A stretch of 64,000 nucleotides of DNA from Spirochaetia bacterium (GTDB taxonomy: Bacteria; Spirochaetota; Spirochaetia; SZUA-6; Bin103): NCBI GenBank assembly GCA_965203515.1, contig OZ241907.1:1280001-1344000 (forward strand), written 5' to 3'. The position numbers and the translations under genes were made by a program. This document shows, piece after piece, positions 38,626 to 49,017 of the stretch (position 1 is its first letter; every line of letters starts with the position of its first letter). The notes beneath the pieces were generated by a model. That model did not search any database and was not told the origin of the DNA. It saw nothing but the letters and a program-made list of their open reading frames with translations.

Positions 38626-40166
38626 CTCGCGCAGTGTCCCACGCTCGGAACCGGAAGTGGGCTCACCTGGAATCGATAATCGCCCGAGCCGAGCTCGAAC
38701 GTGACCCCGTCGCCGCCGGCTGCCGCGGTCGCGCGGCCGACCCCCGGCATCCGCCACGGGCGGGGCGCCCGCGCCGATCCCTGCCCCCATACCGGCCCGC
38801 CGTGCTCGTCGATGCGGAACGCCCGCAGGCCCGCCGTGGGCACGGTGACCTGCGCGCCGACCCCCGGCGGCAGCGTCACCTGCAGCGTGAACGCGTCCGC
38901 CGTCCGCTCCCAGCGCACGGCGATGCGCCCGCGCACCGTCCCGACCGACCCGGCGGCGCAAGACGCGCCAGCCGACAAGCGCGGCCGGATGCGCACCCTT
39001 CCCGGCCCCTCCGGGACGATGCCGAGCGGCTCCGGGCCGGAATCGATCGACCCGGCCGCACGCTCCCCGGCCTCCGCACGCGCGACCGCCAAGCGCACCG
39101 GCGCTGCCCACGGCCCGGCGCGGCCGCCCGCGTCCCAGCAGCGCACGGTCCACCAGCCGGTCTCGCCGCCGGCCGGCAGCCGGCCTTCATAGGTCACGTA
39201 CGCGCCGGCCGGCTCCGGCGTCGCCACCGTGCCGGAGTCCCAGAGATCGGCGCGGCCCGGCTGCAGCAGCTCGCGCGCGCTCGCCGCCAGTATCCGGTAC
39301 GCCGATTGCCGCTGGCCGCGCTGGTCGCTGGCCAGCGTCCAGCGCAACCGCGGGCGCCCGGCCGGCGCGCCCGACGGACCGGCGCGTTCGCAGGTCAGCT
39401 CGCGCGCGCGTACGCAGAGGCGCGCCTCGATCGGCGCGTACGGGTCCGCGGGCCGCTGCCGCGGATCGACGTAGCGCGCCAGATCGCGCAGGGCGATCAC
39501 GGTATAGTCGTTGTCGGCCAAGTAGTCGGCGAACCGCTCGAACAGCTCCGGCGCGGTGCTGCAGAACCGGTGGTCGTCCGGGATGCCGTGCAGGCAGATC
39601 ACCGCGATCCGGCCGTCGCGCGCCGTGGAGACCGCCGCGCGCAGGTCGTCCAGGTCCCACGCCGCGCCGCCGATGCCCGCGCACGGTATCAGCAGCGGAT
39701 GGTCCCTTCCCGGCGCGTAGGGCCGCCCGAAGGCGCCGTCCGCGTGATCGACGTGCTCGGGAGCGGTGCACCGGCGAGCGAACCGATACCCCGCGTCGCG
39801 CAGGGCGTCGACCGCGGCGCGGGAGTGATGGCCGCCCGGATAGCAGTAGGTGACCGGCTTGGGGATGCCGTGCGCCAGACAGCTCCGCTCCATGCGGCGC
39901 AGATCGCGCTCGAACTCCTCGCGGGTCTGCGTATCGACCGCCACGTGGCGGCCGTGGTGGTTGCCGATCTCGAAGCCGGCGTCGTGCAGCGACCTGATCT
40001 CGTCCCAGTCCAGGAACCGGCTCTTGTCCTCGAACCCCAGCCCCTCGGTGACGTAGAAGGTGGCGCCCAGACCGCGGCGCGCGAGCAGCGGCCCCACCAG
40101 CTCCACGTCGGACCTGCGGCCGTCGTCGAACGTGAGCACGACCAGTCGATCGGGAATCGGTTCCAT
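38622..40166 (-). CDS. Polysaccharide deacetylase (NodB) fused to GH78 N- and C-terminal accessory domains
   Basis: LTFDDG, GNHHGRH, YCYPGG; then PRLRW...QSAYRI...LWDSG and TVRGRIAVRW...GSGDYRF; SD GGAGG. Confidence 0.8.
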   Translation of the reverse strand: MEPIPDRLVVLTFDDGRRSDVELVGPLLARRGLGATFYVTEGLGFEDKSRFLDWDEIRSLHDAGFEIGNHHGRHVAVDTQTREEFERDLRRMERSCLAHGIPKPVTYCYPGGHHSRAAVDALRDAGYRFARRCTAPEHVDHADGAFGRPYAPGRDHPLLIPCAGIGGAAWDLDDLRAAVSTARDGRIAVICLHGIPDDHRFCSTAPELFERFADYLADNDYTVIALRDLARYVDPRQRPADPYAPIEARLCVRARELTCERAGPSGAPAGRPRLRWTLASDQRGQRQSAYRILAASARELLQPGRADLWDSGTVATPEPAGAYVTYEGRLPAGGETGWWTVRCWDAGGRAGPWAAPVRLAVARAEAGERAAGSIDSGPEPLGIVPEGPGRVRIRPRLSAGASCAAGSVGTVRGRIAVRWERTADAFTLQVTLPPGVGAQVTVPTAGLRAFRIDEHGGPVWGQGSARAPRPWRMPGVGRATAAAGGDGVTFELGSGDYRFQVSPLPVPSVGHCAR

Positions 40167-40261
40167 AAACGTCCTCCGTCCTGCGCGGCGGCGGCCGGCG
40201 GTCGAGTGTGGCATGGTTCGCGCATGGGTCGCAGAACGCCGAACCGGGACGCGGCGGCCGC

Positions 40262-43000
40262 ATGACCGCCGTCGATCTGCGCTGCGGCGGCGCGGTCGAT
40301 CCGATCGGCATCGACGCGCCGGCGCCGCGGCTCACCTGGTGCTGGCGGTCGGCGACCCGCGGAGCCCGCCAGGCCGCCTGGCAGGTGCTGGCGGCCGGCG
40401 CGCCGCACCGGCTGATGCCGGGCAGGGCCGATCGCTGGGACTCCGGCCGCGTCGACGGCGACCGCTCCGCAGTGAACTACGGAGGCGCGCCGCTGGCCGC
40501 CGGCGCCCGCTGCTTCTGGGCCGTGCGCGGCTGGGACGAACGGGGCGCGGCGACCGCCTTCAGCGCCCCGGCCAGCTTCGAGATGGGGCTCCTGGCGCGC
40601 GGCGACTGGCGCGGCCGATGGATCGCCGGGCCGGCGGGGGTCTCTTCGCCGCTGCTCCGCCGCGAGCTGACGGTGCCGGCGCCGGTGCGGCAGGCGCGGT
40701 GCTACGTCGCCGGGCTCGGCTACTACGAGCTCTACTGCAACGGCGCCAAGGTCGGCGACCACGTGCTCGATCCGGCCACCACCTGCTACCACGACGATCA
40801 GCCGTTCCCGCTCGGGTCGCGGGTCCTGTACGTGACCTACGACCTGACCGACCGGCTCCGCCCCGGCGCCAACGCGCTGGGCGTGATGCTGGGCCACGGC
40901 TGGTACTCGGCCGAGTCGGACGTGCCGCCGTCGCCGATCCATCGCGAGCCGTACGGCGACCGCCCCTGCCTGTTGCTGCAGTTGACCGTGGAGCTGACCG
41001 ACGGCCGCCGCCTGTCGGTCGCCAGCGACCGGACGTGGCGCGCCGCGCCCGGCCCGATCGTCTACAACGACTACAACCACGGCGAGACCTACGACGCCCG
41101 CGCGGAACGGCCCGGCTGGGACGACGTCCGCTTCGATGACGCGGACTGGGCGCACGCCGCGCAGATCGACGGCCCCGGCGGCCGGCTGGTCGCCCAGCCG
41201 CTGCCGCCGATCAGGGTGGTGGGCACCCGCAGGCCGCGGCGGCGGTTCGCGCCCCGCCCCGGCGTGTTCGTGTTCGACCTGGGTCAGAACTGCTGCGGTT
41301 GGGCCCGGCTGCGGGCGCGCGGCCGGCGCGGCACGGAGATCACGCTGGCGCACGCCGCGCGCGTCCACGGCGACGGCAGCCTGGACGCGCGCAGCAACCT
41401 GCACGACGCGGCGGGCGTCCACTGCGCCCGCCAGACCGACCGCTACGTGCTGCGCGGCGACGCCGGCGGGCGCGGCTGGGAGGAGTGGGAACCCCGCTTC
41501 ACGCTGCACGGCTCGCGCTTCGTGGAGGTCACGGGGTACCCGGGCACCCCCGCGCTCGACGCGATCGACGGCCGCGTGGTGCGCACCGCGGCCCGCGCAA
41601 CCGGCCGCTTCACCTGCGCCGACGATCTGCTCAACCGCATCCACGCGATGTGTTGGTGGACCTTTGCCAGCAGCATGCAGGGCTACCCGCAGGACGCCGC
41701 CGACCGCGCCGAGCGGGTCGGCTGGCTGGGCGACCCGATCCCGGAGGACTACCTGTACAACTTCGACTGCGCCTCCTTCTGGGCCAAGTGGGCGGACGAC
41801 ATCGCCGACGCGCAGAAGGAGAACGGCCACGTCCCCACGATCAGCCCCGTGCACTGGCGCCGCACGCACGACGCCTACGCCTACCCCGCGCCCTACTGGT
41901 CGAGCAGCTACGCGGTGGTGGTATGGACGCTCTACTGGTTCCTGGACGACGAAGCGCTGCTGGCCCGCCACTACGACGGGCTGAGGCGGCTGGTCGCCTA
42001 CCTGGGCGGCCTGGCGGAGGACCACGTGATCGAGCGGGGGCTGGGCGACCACATGGAGCCGCAGCCGGACGGCAGCACCTCGGCGGCGCCCCGGCATACG
42101 CCCCCGGCGCTCACCTCGACCGCGATCTACTACTGGGACGTGCGCACGCTGGCGCGGATCGCCGCGATCCTCGATGCCGGCGAGGACGCCGCGCGCTACC
42201 GCGAGCTGGCCGAGCGGATCGGCGCGGCGTTCAATCGCCGCTTTCTGAACGCAAAGACCGGCGCCTGTGCATCGGGCAGCCAGACCGCCAACGCCGTGGC
42301 GCTGCAGATGGGGCTGGTCCCCCCGGAGGCGGTCGAGCGGGTGCTGGCCAACCTCGTGCGCGACGTCACCGCGCGCGGCGGCCATCTGTCGACCGGCATG
42401 ATCGGCACCAACGCGCTGGTAGAGGCGCTGCCCCGCTACGGCCGCGCCGACCTGATGTACCGCATCGCCGGCCAGATCACCTTCCCGAGCTGGGGATACA
42501 TGCTGGAGCGGGACGCCACCACGCTGTGGGAGTCGTGGTCCGACGACCGCGACCAGCAGCTCAGCCTCAACATGAAGCTGCTCGGCAGCGTCGACAAGTT
42601 CTTCTACCGCGACGTCGCCGGCATCCGCCCGCTCGCGCCGGGGTTTCGCCGCATCGCCGTGGCGCCCCAGGTGACCGACGCACTGGCGAGCGCCGCCGCC
42701 GAGATCGAGACCGTGCGCGGGCCGGCGGCGGTCTCCTGGCGACAGGACCGCGGCCGGCTGCGCCTGAGCGCGACGATCCCGGCGAACGCGGCGGCGCAGG
42801 TGCGGCTGCCCGCGGCCGGCCGGCCGTCGTCGGTCCGGGTCACCGAGGGCGGCCGGCCGATCTGGCAGCGCGGCGCGTTCGTCCCCGGCGCCCCGGGCGT
42901 GAACGCCGCGTGGGCGGAGGACGGCTGCGTGGTGGTCGAGGTGGGCACCGGCCGCTACGACCTGACCCGCTCCGCGACCACGAGTGGCGCGTACCGCTGA
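40262..43000 (+). CDS. Alpha-L-rhamnosidase, GH78
   Basis: WDSGRV, GLGYYELYCNG, GETYDAR, FDLGQN, D..DRAERVGWLGD, TTLWESW. Confidence 0.9.
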   Translation: MTAVDLRCGGAVDPIGIDAPAPRLTWCWRSATRGARQAAWQVLAAGAPHRLMPGRADRWDSGRVDGDRSAVNYGGAPLAAGARCFWAVRGWDERGAATAFSAPASFEMGLLARGDWRGRWIAGPAGVSSPLLRRELTVPAPVRQARCYVAGLGYYELYCNGAKVGDHVLDPATTCYHDDQPFPLGSRVLYVTYDLTDRLRPGANALGVMLGHGWYSAESDVPPSPIHREPYGDRPCLLLQLTVELTDGRRLSVASDRTWRAAPGPIVYNDYNHGETYDARAERPGWDDVRFDDADWAHAAQIDGPGGRLVAQPLPPIRVVGTRRPRRRFAPRPGVFVFDLGQNCCGWARLRARGRRGTEITLAHAARVHGDGSLDARSNLHDAAGVHCARQTDRYVLRGDAGGRGWEEWEPRFTLHGSRFVEVTGYPGTPALDAIDGRVVRTAARATGRFTCADDLLNRIHAMCWWTFASSMQGYPQDAADRAERVGWLGDPIPEDYLYNFDCASFWAKWADDIADAQKENGHVPTISPVHWRRTHDAYAYPAPYWSSSYAVVVWTLYWFLDDEALLARHYDGLRRLVAYLGGLAEDHVIERGLGDHMEPQPDGSTSAAPRHTPPALTSTAIYYWDVRTLARIAAILDAGEDAARYRELAERIGAAFNRRFLNAKTGACASGSQTANAVALQMGLVPPEAVERVLANLVRDVTARGGHLSTGMIGTNALVEALPRYGRADLMYRIAGQITFPSWGYMLERDATTLWESWSDDRDQQLSLNMKLLGSVDKFFYRDVAGIRPLAPGFRRIAVAPQVTDALASAAAEIETVRGPAAVSWRQDRGRLRLSATIPANAAAQVRLPAAGRPSSVRVTEGGRPIWQRGAFVPGAPGVNAAWAEDGCVVVEVGTGRYDLTRSATTSGAYR

Positions 43001-43066
43001 CGCTTATCCGAGGAGCTTGGCAAAGGCGGCGCCGGGAGGGTAGCTTGCGCGCAACGGAGGCGCGCG

Positions 43067-43966
43067 ATGTACACGGTCCCGTTCGATCGGCCGATCTTCA
43101 CGCCGGAGATGTGGGCGTTCTGGAATGAGAACGGCTACGTCATGGTCCCCAACGCCGTGCCTCAGGAGTATCTCGATGCGGCCGTCGCCGCCATCTGGGA
43201 GTTCCTGGAGATGGACCCGGACGACCCCGACACGTGGTACGGGTACCGCCCGCGCGGCGGTGACTTCTGGCGGTCGCCGATCTCCGCCGTGGGCATCGTG
43301 GAGTTCTACCACCATCAGGCGCTGTGGGACATTCGCCAGCACCCGCGCATCTACCAGATCTTCGCCGAGCTGCTCGACGAGCGGCGGCTCTGGGTCACCT
43401 ACGACCGCGTCAATCTGTTGCCGCCGGCCCGCGCCGACCTGCCGCAGTGGTCGGCGCAGGGCGGGCTCCACTGGGACTGCGAAACGACGCTCGATCCGGT
43501 CCCGTTCCGGGTGCAGGGCGTGCTCTACCTCACCGATACCGGCGCCGACCAGGGCGGCTTCCGCTGCATCCCCGGGTTCCACAACGTCTTCCCGGAATGG
43601 CGCAAGACGCAGCCGGCCGACCGCAATCCGCATAGCTGCGAAGGGATCGATCAGGAGCGCTATCCGGCGCGGACGATTCCCGGCAAGGCCGGCGACCTGC
43701 TGATCTGGACCGGCCTGCTGCCGCACGGCAACGGCGGCAACACCGCCGACCGGCCGCGCATGGCGCAATACGTCACCATGGACACCAGCCCGCCGGACGA
43801 GCAGGAGCTGCGGACGCGCGTCAACGCCTGGCAGGAGCGGGTACCGATCGCCAACCCGCAGGGCGACCCGCGCGGCCGCGAGAAGCGGCAACCGGTGGCG
43901 GAGCTGACCGAGCTGGGGCGGCGCCTGATCGGCTTCACGCCCTGGGATGAGGAGCCGGCCGGGTAG
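43067..43966 (+). CDS. Phytanoyl-CoA dioxygenase (PhyH)-family Fe/2OG enzyme
   Basis: ENGY, LHWD, QGVLYLTD, GGFRCIPG, GDLLIW..LPHG. Confidence 0.85.
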   Translation: MYTVPFDRPIFTPEMWAFWNENGYVMVPNAVPQEYLDAAVAAIWEFLEMDPDDPDTWYGYRPRGGDFWRSPISAVGIVEFYHHQALWDIRQHPRIYQIFAELLDERRLWVTYDRVNLLPPARADLPQWSAQGGLHWDCETTLDPVPFRVQGVLYLTDTGADQGGFRCIPGFHNVFPEWRKTQPADRNPHSCEGIDQERYPARTIPGKAGDLLIWTGLLPHGNGGNTADRPRMAQYVTMDTSPPDEQELRTRVNAWQERVPIANPQGDPRGREKRQPVAELTELGRRLIGFTPWDEEPAG

Positions 43967-45038
43967 GCGCCGCCTCGCCGTCGGGGAGCTCGACCACGTA
44001 GACTTGGCTGACCCCGGTGCGGTCGGACGTGTAGACGACCCGCGTGCCGTCCGGATGGAACGAGGGATGCGGGTGGCTCTCCTGCGGCCCGTAGGTCGAC
44101 TCATCGACCGCGTCGTCGTCGGCCGGCGCCGTGAACGCCCACTGACTGCCGCCGTTGGAGCTGCGCGGGTAGCAGAGCGGCCGGTGCCGGCCGGTGGCCG
44201 GATCGATCAGCCGCAGGCCGATGTCCGGGCAGGTGGTGTCGCAGACGATCAGCGAGCCGTCGGCATTGGAGGACGGATGCCAGGCGTTGAAGTCCGCCAC
44301 CACGCGCGCCTGGTCGTCCCGCACGCCGATCGCCATCAGCGCGAACGGCCAGCGCGCGAAGATCACCTGGTCGGTCGGCCCCAGAAACGACTCGTGGGTG
44401 ATCCACTCGCGCTTGTCATGGCGGTGCAGCGGGCCCAGCTCGCCCCGGCCGACCGCCGCCAGCCACATCCGCTGATTGACGTCGCTGGTATAGAGGATCA
44501 GGTCCCGATCGGTCGGGCAGACCATCACGTGTCCCACGTCGCGTGGCGGCTCGCACACCACGGTGTAGCCCGATCCGCCGGTGTCGATCGCCGCCACCGC
44601 ATGCCGGCCGTCCCGCGCCAGTCCGGTGACCAGGCGTCCGCCGTCGGCCGACAGGCTGCACATGCCGACCCGGCCGCCGGGAAAGCGCGCCAGCACCGAT
44701 TCCTCCAGCGTCTCCAGGTCGACGGACCGGACCTCGTCGGTCACGTGGTAGAAGACGCGGCCGCCGTCCCGCGACGGACATGCCGCGAAGCCGTCGAAGC
44801 CGTGCGCGTCGGTAAGCTGCACCATCCGGCCGGCCGCCTCGTCCAGCTTGAACAGGTTGGGCCGCCCGGAGCGGTGCGAGGTGAGGATCAGCGCGCCGCC
44901 GTCGGGGGTCCATGACGGGTTGGAGAAGTAGAGGCTGTGGTTGATCGCCGGGCCGTCGGTCATCTGCCGGATCGCCGCGCCGGTCCGCTCGTCGCGCGTC
45001 TCCGTGATCTCCACCGGCCACGTGGTTCCCTTGCTCAT
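43935..45038 (-). CDS. Oligogalacturonate lyase-like beta-propeller protein
   Basis: D..TGA.IRQMT, LYFSNPSWTPDG, THESF, HPHPSFHPDG...YTSDRTG. Confidence 0.8.
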   Translation of the reverse strand: MSKGTTWPVEITETRDERTGAAIRQMTDGPAINHSLYFSNPSWTPDGGALILTSHRSGRPNLFKLDEAAGRMVQLTDAHGFDGFAACPSRDGGRVFYHVTDEVRSVDLETLEESVLARFPGGRVGMCSLSADGGRLVTGLARDGRHAVAAIDTGGSGYTVVCEPPRDVGHVMVCPTDRDLILYTSDVNQRMWLAAVGRGELGPLHRHDKREWITHESFLGPTDQVIFARWPFALMAIGVRDDQARVVADFNAWHPSSNADGSLIVCDTTCPDIGLRLIDPATGRHRPLCYPRSSNGGSQWAFTAPADDDAVDESTYGPQESHPHPSFHPDGTRVVYTSDRTGVSQVYVVELPDGEAAPTRPAPHPRA

Positions 45039-45925
45039 ACCGATTCCTCCTCCGCGTCCATGTTGCAGAATAGTTCGTAGCGTTCCGCCACCGCTCCGTC
45101 CTGCGCGCCGCCGCGGTGGACGTAGACCCCGAACCGAAAGGTGGCGACCGGCGGGCCGCCGTTCGCGCCCGGATGGCGGTGGGAGAGCAGGATCGGCCCG
45201 TACCCGGATGCGCTGGCCGCGCCGGGATACCCGACGTTGCCGGGGTGGTCGAAGAGCGCCAGCCCCTGCGGGCCGTCCGGGCCGACGCCCGAATAGTCGA
45301 TCCAGCGCTCGCCGGCGAACCGTTCGCCGCGGCTCGACCGGCCGCCGGCGCTGCTCATCACGCCGCCGCCGTCGATGAGCGGCCACCGGCCGTCGGCGTC
45401 GCGGCGGTCGCCGTCGCGGGCGCGCAGCGCGTCGCAGACCCGCGCGGTGAGCGCGAACGGCCCGCCTCCCGGTTCGGCGGGCACCGGCGCCGTGCTGCGC
45501 CAGTCGATGAAGCACTCGCCGCCCGCCAGCGCGTGGACCCGCAGGTCGCGCCGCTCGGTGAGGATCGCGCCGCCGCGGCCATCGACGTACAGCAGCCGCT
45601 GCACGACGCGCGCGCAACGGTCGCCGCCGACCAGCAGGTCGAAGCCCTGGTGGAGCATCTTCCCGCACGGGCCGTACGGCGGCTCGTCCCAATCGGAGAA
45701 GATGTTGGTCGGTCCGTCCTCTTCGTCGTGGCCGCCGTACGCCAGAAACAGACCGCACTGGTGGGGATGGTCGCGGCCCGCGCCGCGCAGCACGTTGCCG
45801 CCCGGCCCCAGCAGCGGCCAGACGTAGGGCTTCCAGCAGCCGACGTGGTTGTAGCGGGCGATCTGCCGCCCGCCGGCGGCGATCGATACGAACGCCGGGT
45901 ACTCCGTGACGGTGAGCGCTGCCAT
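45035..45925 (-). CDS. PmoA-like (DUF6807-type) protein of unknown function
   Basis: KPYVWPL, DHPHQCGLFLAYG, WIDYSG, LFDHPGN. Confidence 0.7.
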   Translation of the reverse strand: MAALTVTEYPAFVSIAAGGRQIARYNHVGCWKPYVWPLLGPGGNVLRGAGRDHPHQCGLFLAYGGHDEEDGPTNIFSDWDEPPYGPCGKMLHQGFDLLVGGDRCARVVQRLLYVDGRGGAILTERRDLRVHALAGGECFIDWRSTAPVPAEPGGGPFALTARVCDALRARDGDRRDADGRWPLIDGGGVMSSAGGRSSRGERFAGERWIDYSGVGPDGPQGLALFDHPGNVGYPGAASASGYGPILLSHRHPGANGGPPVATFRFGVYVHRGGAQDGAVAERYELFCNMDAEEESV

Positions 45926-45932
45926 CGGCCCG

Positions 45933-47135
45933 CTACAGCTCCGGGAAGAAGACGTCGACGGCCCGCTCCAGGTCGAACGGGTCGCAGCCGTGGTCGAGCC
46001 GGAACTGCTCGTGAAGCCGTTCTTCGTACTCGGTCGCCGAACGCAGCGGCAGCTCCACCGCCGCCCGGCCGGGGAGGCCCGCATCGGCGGCGGCCATCGA
46101 GATCTCGATGTCGGCGCGGGCGCGGCGGCCGTCGTACCGCGTGGGCCGGCCCTCGACCACCGCCTGCCACAGGCTGTCCATCTCCTCGACGATCGCCAGC
46201 CCGCCGGCGGTGGTCCGGTACTGCGGCCACGGGTTCTCCCACACCACCGGCGGATCGGTGTCGATCCGCAGGCGCTCCACCACGGCCGTGCCGCCGGCGT
46301 CGCGGGTCACCGTGCGGATCGGATGGACGGTCGCCTTGCCGGCGCCGCGCAGGCGCTGTTCCTCCGTGGTCAGATGGACGTCGTCCTCGACGATCGAGCC
46401 GGTGGCGCCGTCGATCTGGAACAGGGTCCTGGCCTTCCGGCCGAGCGCCTGCGCGTGATAGAGGTTCGAGTACGAGGTGACGGCGACCGCCCCGCCGGCG
46501 AACTCGATCGTCTGCAGGTTCCACTCCTCCGTGGTGAACCGGCGGACGGGGTTGACGTTCACGCGCGGGACGGCGCTGCGCATGGCGACGCTGCCGACGC
46601 GGGTGGCGGCCGCGCCGCCCAGGAACATGCGCAGGCTGCTGACGATGTGGCAGCCGTCGGTCTGAAAGAGCGCGAAGACGCGCAGCACCTCGCCGATCAG
46701 CCCCTGCTCGACGATCTGCCGCTTCATCAGGTGCAGCGGGTCGCGGCAGTACTGCTCGGCCACCTCCAGCTTCACGCCGTTGCGCTCGACCGCTTCGATC
46801 AGCACGTCGCAGAGCGGCAGCGTCGCCGCCATCGGCGTCTCCACGATGATGTTGATGCCCCGCTCGGCAAGGTAGGCGCCGATGGCGTGGTGGGAGTCGC
46901 CCGGCGTCGAGATCGCCGCCGCGTCGAGCCGCTCGCCGGCCACCAGGTCCTGCACGCGCGTGTAGGCCGGCACGCCGCATTCGGCCGCCACGCGGCCGGC
47001 CGCGCGCTCGTCCAGGTCGCAGACCGCCGCCAGCTCGAACCGGTCGGACATCATGCGGATCGCCGGCAGGCGCACGTTCCGGCCGCGCTTGCCGGCGCCG
47101 ATGAGGGCGATTCTGATACGTTCGTTCGTTGCCAT
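45933..47135 (-). CDS. Gfo/Idh/MocA oxidoreductase
   Basis: IALIGAGKRG, AVCD, TPGDSH, VETPMA. Confidence 0.85.
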   Translation of the reverse strand: MATNERIRIALIGAGKRGRNVRLPAIRMMSDRFELAAVCDLDERAAGRVAAECGVPAYTRVQDLVAGERLDAAAISTPGDSHHAIGAYLAERGINIIVETPMAATLPLCDVLIEAVERNGVKLEVAEQYCRDPLHLMKRQIVEQGLIGEVLRVFALFQTDGCHIVSSLRMFLGGAAATRVGSVAMRSAVPRVNVNPVRRFTTEEWNLQTIEFAGGAVAVTSYSNLYHAQALGRKARTLFQIDGATGSIVEDDVHLTTEEQRLRGAGKATVHPIRTVTRDAGGTAVVERLRIDTDPPVVWENPWPQYRTTAGGLAIVEEMDSLWQAVVEGRPTRYDGRRARADIEISMAAADAGLPGRAAVELPLRSATEYEERLHEQFRLDHGCDPFDLERAVDVFFPEL

Positions 47136-47150
47136 CTCTTCTTTCGGAAC

Positions 47151-47240
47151 GAACCACAAGGGAGGACGACGCCTCCCCTGCGGTTCGAGATCAGGGACCC
47201 GCATCGGGTCCGGTTTCACGAGAGCGGCGTGTGGCCGCTC
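47151..47240 (-). other. Three consecutive stem-loops downstream of binding-protein gene
   Basis: GAGCGGC/GCCGCTC, GGACCCG/CGGGTCC and GAACC..GGGAGG/CCTCCC..GGTTC inverted pairs. Confidence 0.45.
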
Positions 47241-48897
47241 AGCCTCCGACCATCGCCAGGAAGTCGTCCAGGGCGGCCTGCTGTATCTCGACGTACCGGT
47301 CGGCGCCGAGCGCCTCGTAGCCGGCTACGTACTCGTCCCACTGATCGAACGACGCGTCGCCGATGATGAACTTGGTGCTCCATTCGTCCTTGTAGAGATT
47401 CAGCTCCACCGCCAGGTTGGCGGCATCCTCGCTGGCGTCCGTGTCGCGGATGTTGAACAACGGCAGCTCCACGACGTGCGGCCAGTTCTTGGCGACCGCC
47501 TCCTCCGTTTCCCACCACGAAGGAGAGATCGCCTTCCAGACGTCGTCGTAGTCCTGCAGGACCTTGGTCGGCAGATAGTTGGGCTTGCCCTGATCGACTT
47601 CGGTCCAGACCCGGGCGATCTGTTCGTCGAGGACCTTGAAGTACCGGCCGCCTTCGCGCCACCAGGTGCCCGGCGACAAGGGAACTTCCTGGCCCGCTTC
47701 CAGCGCCTCGCTGCCATCCGCCACCGCCTGCCTGCAGGCCGCGGCGTCCGGGCACTCCAGGCCGAAGGTGCGGACGGCGACCCCCTCCAGGGAGAACCAG
47801 AAGTCCAGGAACTTCATGGCGGCCGGAACCACGTCGGAATCGGCCGCGATCGAATAGGACTGCTGCTTGACCAGCAGCGGCACCGTCTTGTACCAGATCC
47901 GTTCGCCGGCGGCGTTCTTGGGTGTGGTGAATCCCTCCACGGCGATCTCCACGCCGCCTTCGGCCGCGTTGATGCGCGCGTACGAGCTGCGCGAGAAGCA
48001 GTCGGCCCAGCTGAAGTCATGGCCGGCGATCACGTCGGGCCACCAGCTCGAATGATCGCGGGTGAAGATGTCGACGTTGGTCAGACCCTCGGCATAGATC
48101 CGGTGCGCGAACGTCAGCAGCGCGCGGTACTCGTCGGTCGTCGGCAGGAACTCGAACTCGACGAAGTCGTCCGGGTCATCATAGGTGACCAGCTCGCGCA
48201 GGCTGCCGGTCTTGGTGGTCAGTCCGAACGCCGACGTGAACGCCTGCATGAGCGTTCGATAATTCGACCGTCCGCTCAGGGCGACGCCGGGGCCATCGTT
48301 CTGCGCCTGGAACGCGCGCCATGCCTCCATCCAGCCATCGGGCGTATCCGGCTCCTCGAGACCCAGTTCCGCCATGACGTCGGTCCGGTAGTTGAGCGAC
48401 TGGCCGCAGCCGGGCGCCCCTCCCTGGAAGTGCATGCCGATGGCGGCGTACAGGTCGCCTTGGGCATCGCGGTAGGCGGCGGTGATCGACTTGTCGAGCA
48501 GCTCGGTCATGTTCGGGCCGTACTCCTCGATGAGCGGATCCATCTTCAGAAACGCCCCTTCCGCGCCGTAGATGTTGGCCAATGACGGCTCGAAGATGTT
48601 GACGACGTCCGGCAGGTCGCCGCTCGCCATCATCGTCGCGATGCGCTCGTCGCGCACGTCCTGCGGGGCCGGGAGCCAGTCGATCTCGATACCCAGCATC
48701 TCGTTGACCGCCTGCGTCCAGTTGTCGTCGTTGGAAAACAGGTCGTCCGGATGTTGCACGACGAACACGGAGACCGGCACGGGGCCTGCGGTCATTCCCC
48801 CCTCTTCCTGGCCGGCCGCCCACGCGCCGAACGGTACGGCAAGCATGGTCAGCGCGGCGACGAATATTCGGCTCGCTCTGGTTCTGGTTGTTCGCAT
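47239..48897 (-). CDS. ABC transporter solute-binding protein (LplA-like)
   Basis: SD AGGAGAG; WAAGQEE N-terminus; MASGDLPD, YRTDVMAELGLEEP. Confidence 0.9.
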   Translation of the reverse strand: MRTTRTRASRIFVAALTMLAVPFGAWAAGQEEGGMTAGPVPVSVFVVQHPDDLFSNDDNWTQAVNEMLGIEIDWLPAPQDVRDERIATMMASGDLPDVVNIFEPSLANIYGAEGAFLKMDPLIEEYGPNMTELLDKSITAAYRDAQGDLYAAIGMHFQGGAPGCGQSLNYRTDVMAELGLEEPDTPDGWMEAWRAFQAQNDGPGVALSGRSNYRTLMQAFTSAFGLTTKTGSLRELVTYDDPDDFVEFEFLPTTDEYRALLTFAHRIYAEGLTNVDIFTRDHSSWWPDVIAGHDFSWADCFSRSSYARINAAEGGVEIAVEGFTTPKNAAGERIWYKTVPLLVKQQSYSIAADSDVVPAAMKFLDFWFSLEGVAVRTFGLECPDAAACRQAVADGSEALEAGQEVPLSPGTWWREGGRYFKVLDEQIARVWTEVDQGKPNYLPTKVLQDYDDVWKAISPSWWETEEAVAKNWPHVVELPLFNIRDTDASEDAANLAVELNLYKDEWSTKFIIGDASFDQWDEYVAGYEALGADRYVEIQQAALDDFLAMVGG

Positions 48898-49017
48898 AAT
48901 CTCTCCTTGCAGGATCGCGTTCCTGCAGAGTTCAGGAATCGCTGTCGATCGGTCGTCACGGAACGTCACGTTCGCATAGGCAGCTCCTTCTCCCCGGCTC
49001 TCCTGCGCGTTGCGGCC

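Noticed and set aside
43935..43966. 32-nt convergent overlap of PhyH and lyase-like genes as a regulatory device
   Set aside because: Low-complexity tails; common stop-codon drift in GC-rich genomes
45035..45925. Particulate methane monooxygenase
   Set aside because: Soluble-looking protein of the misleadingly named PmoA-like family; no membrane helices and no pmoB/pmoC
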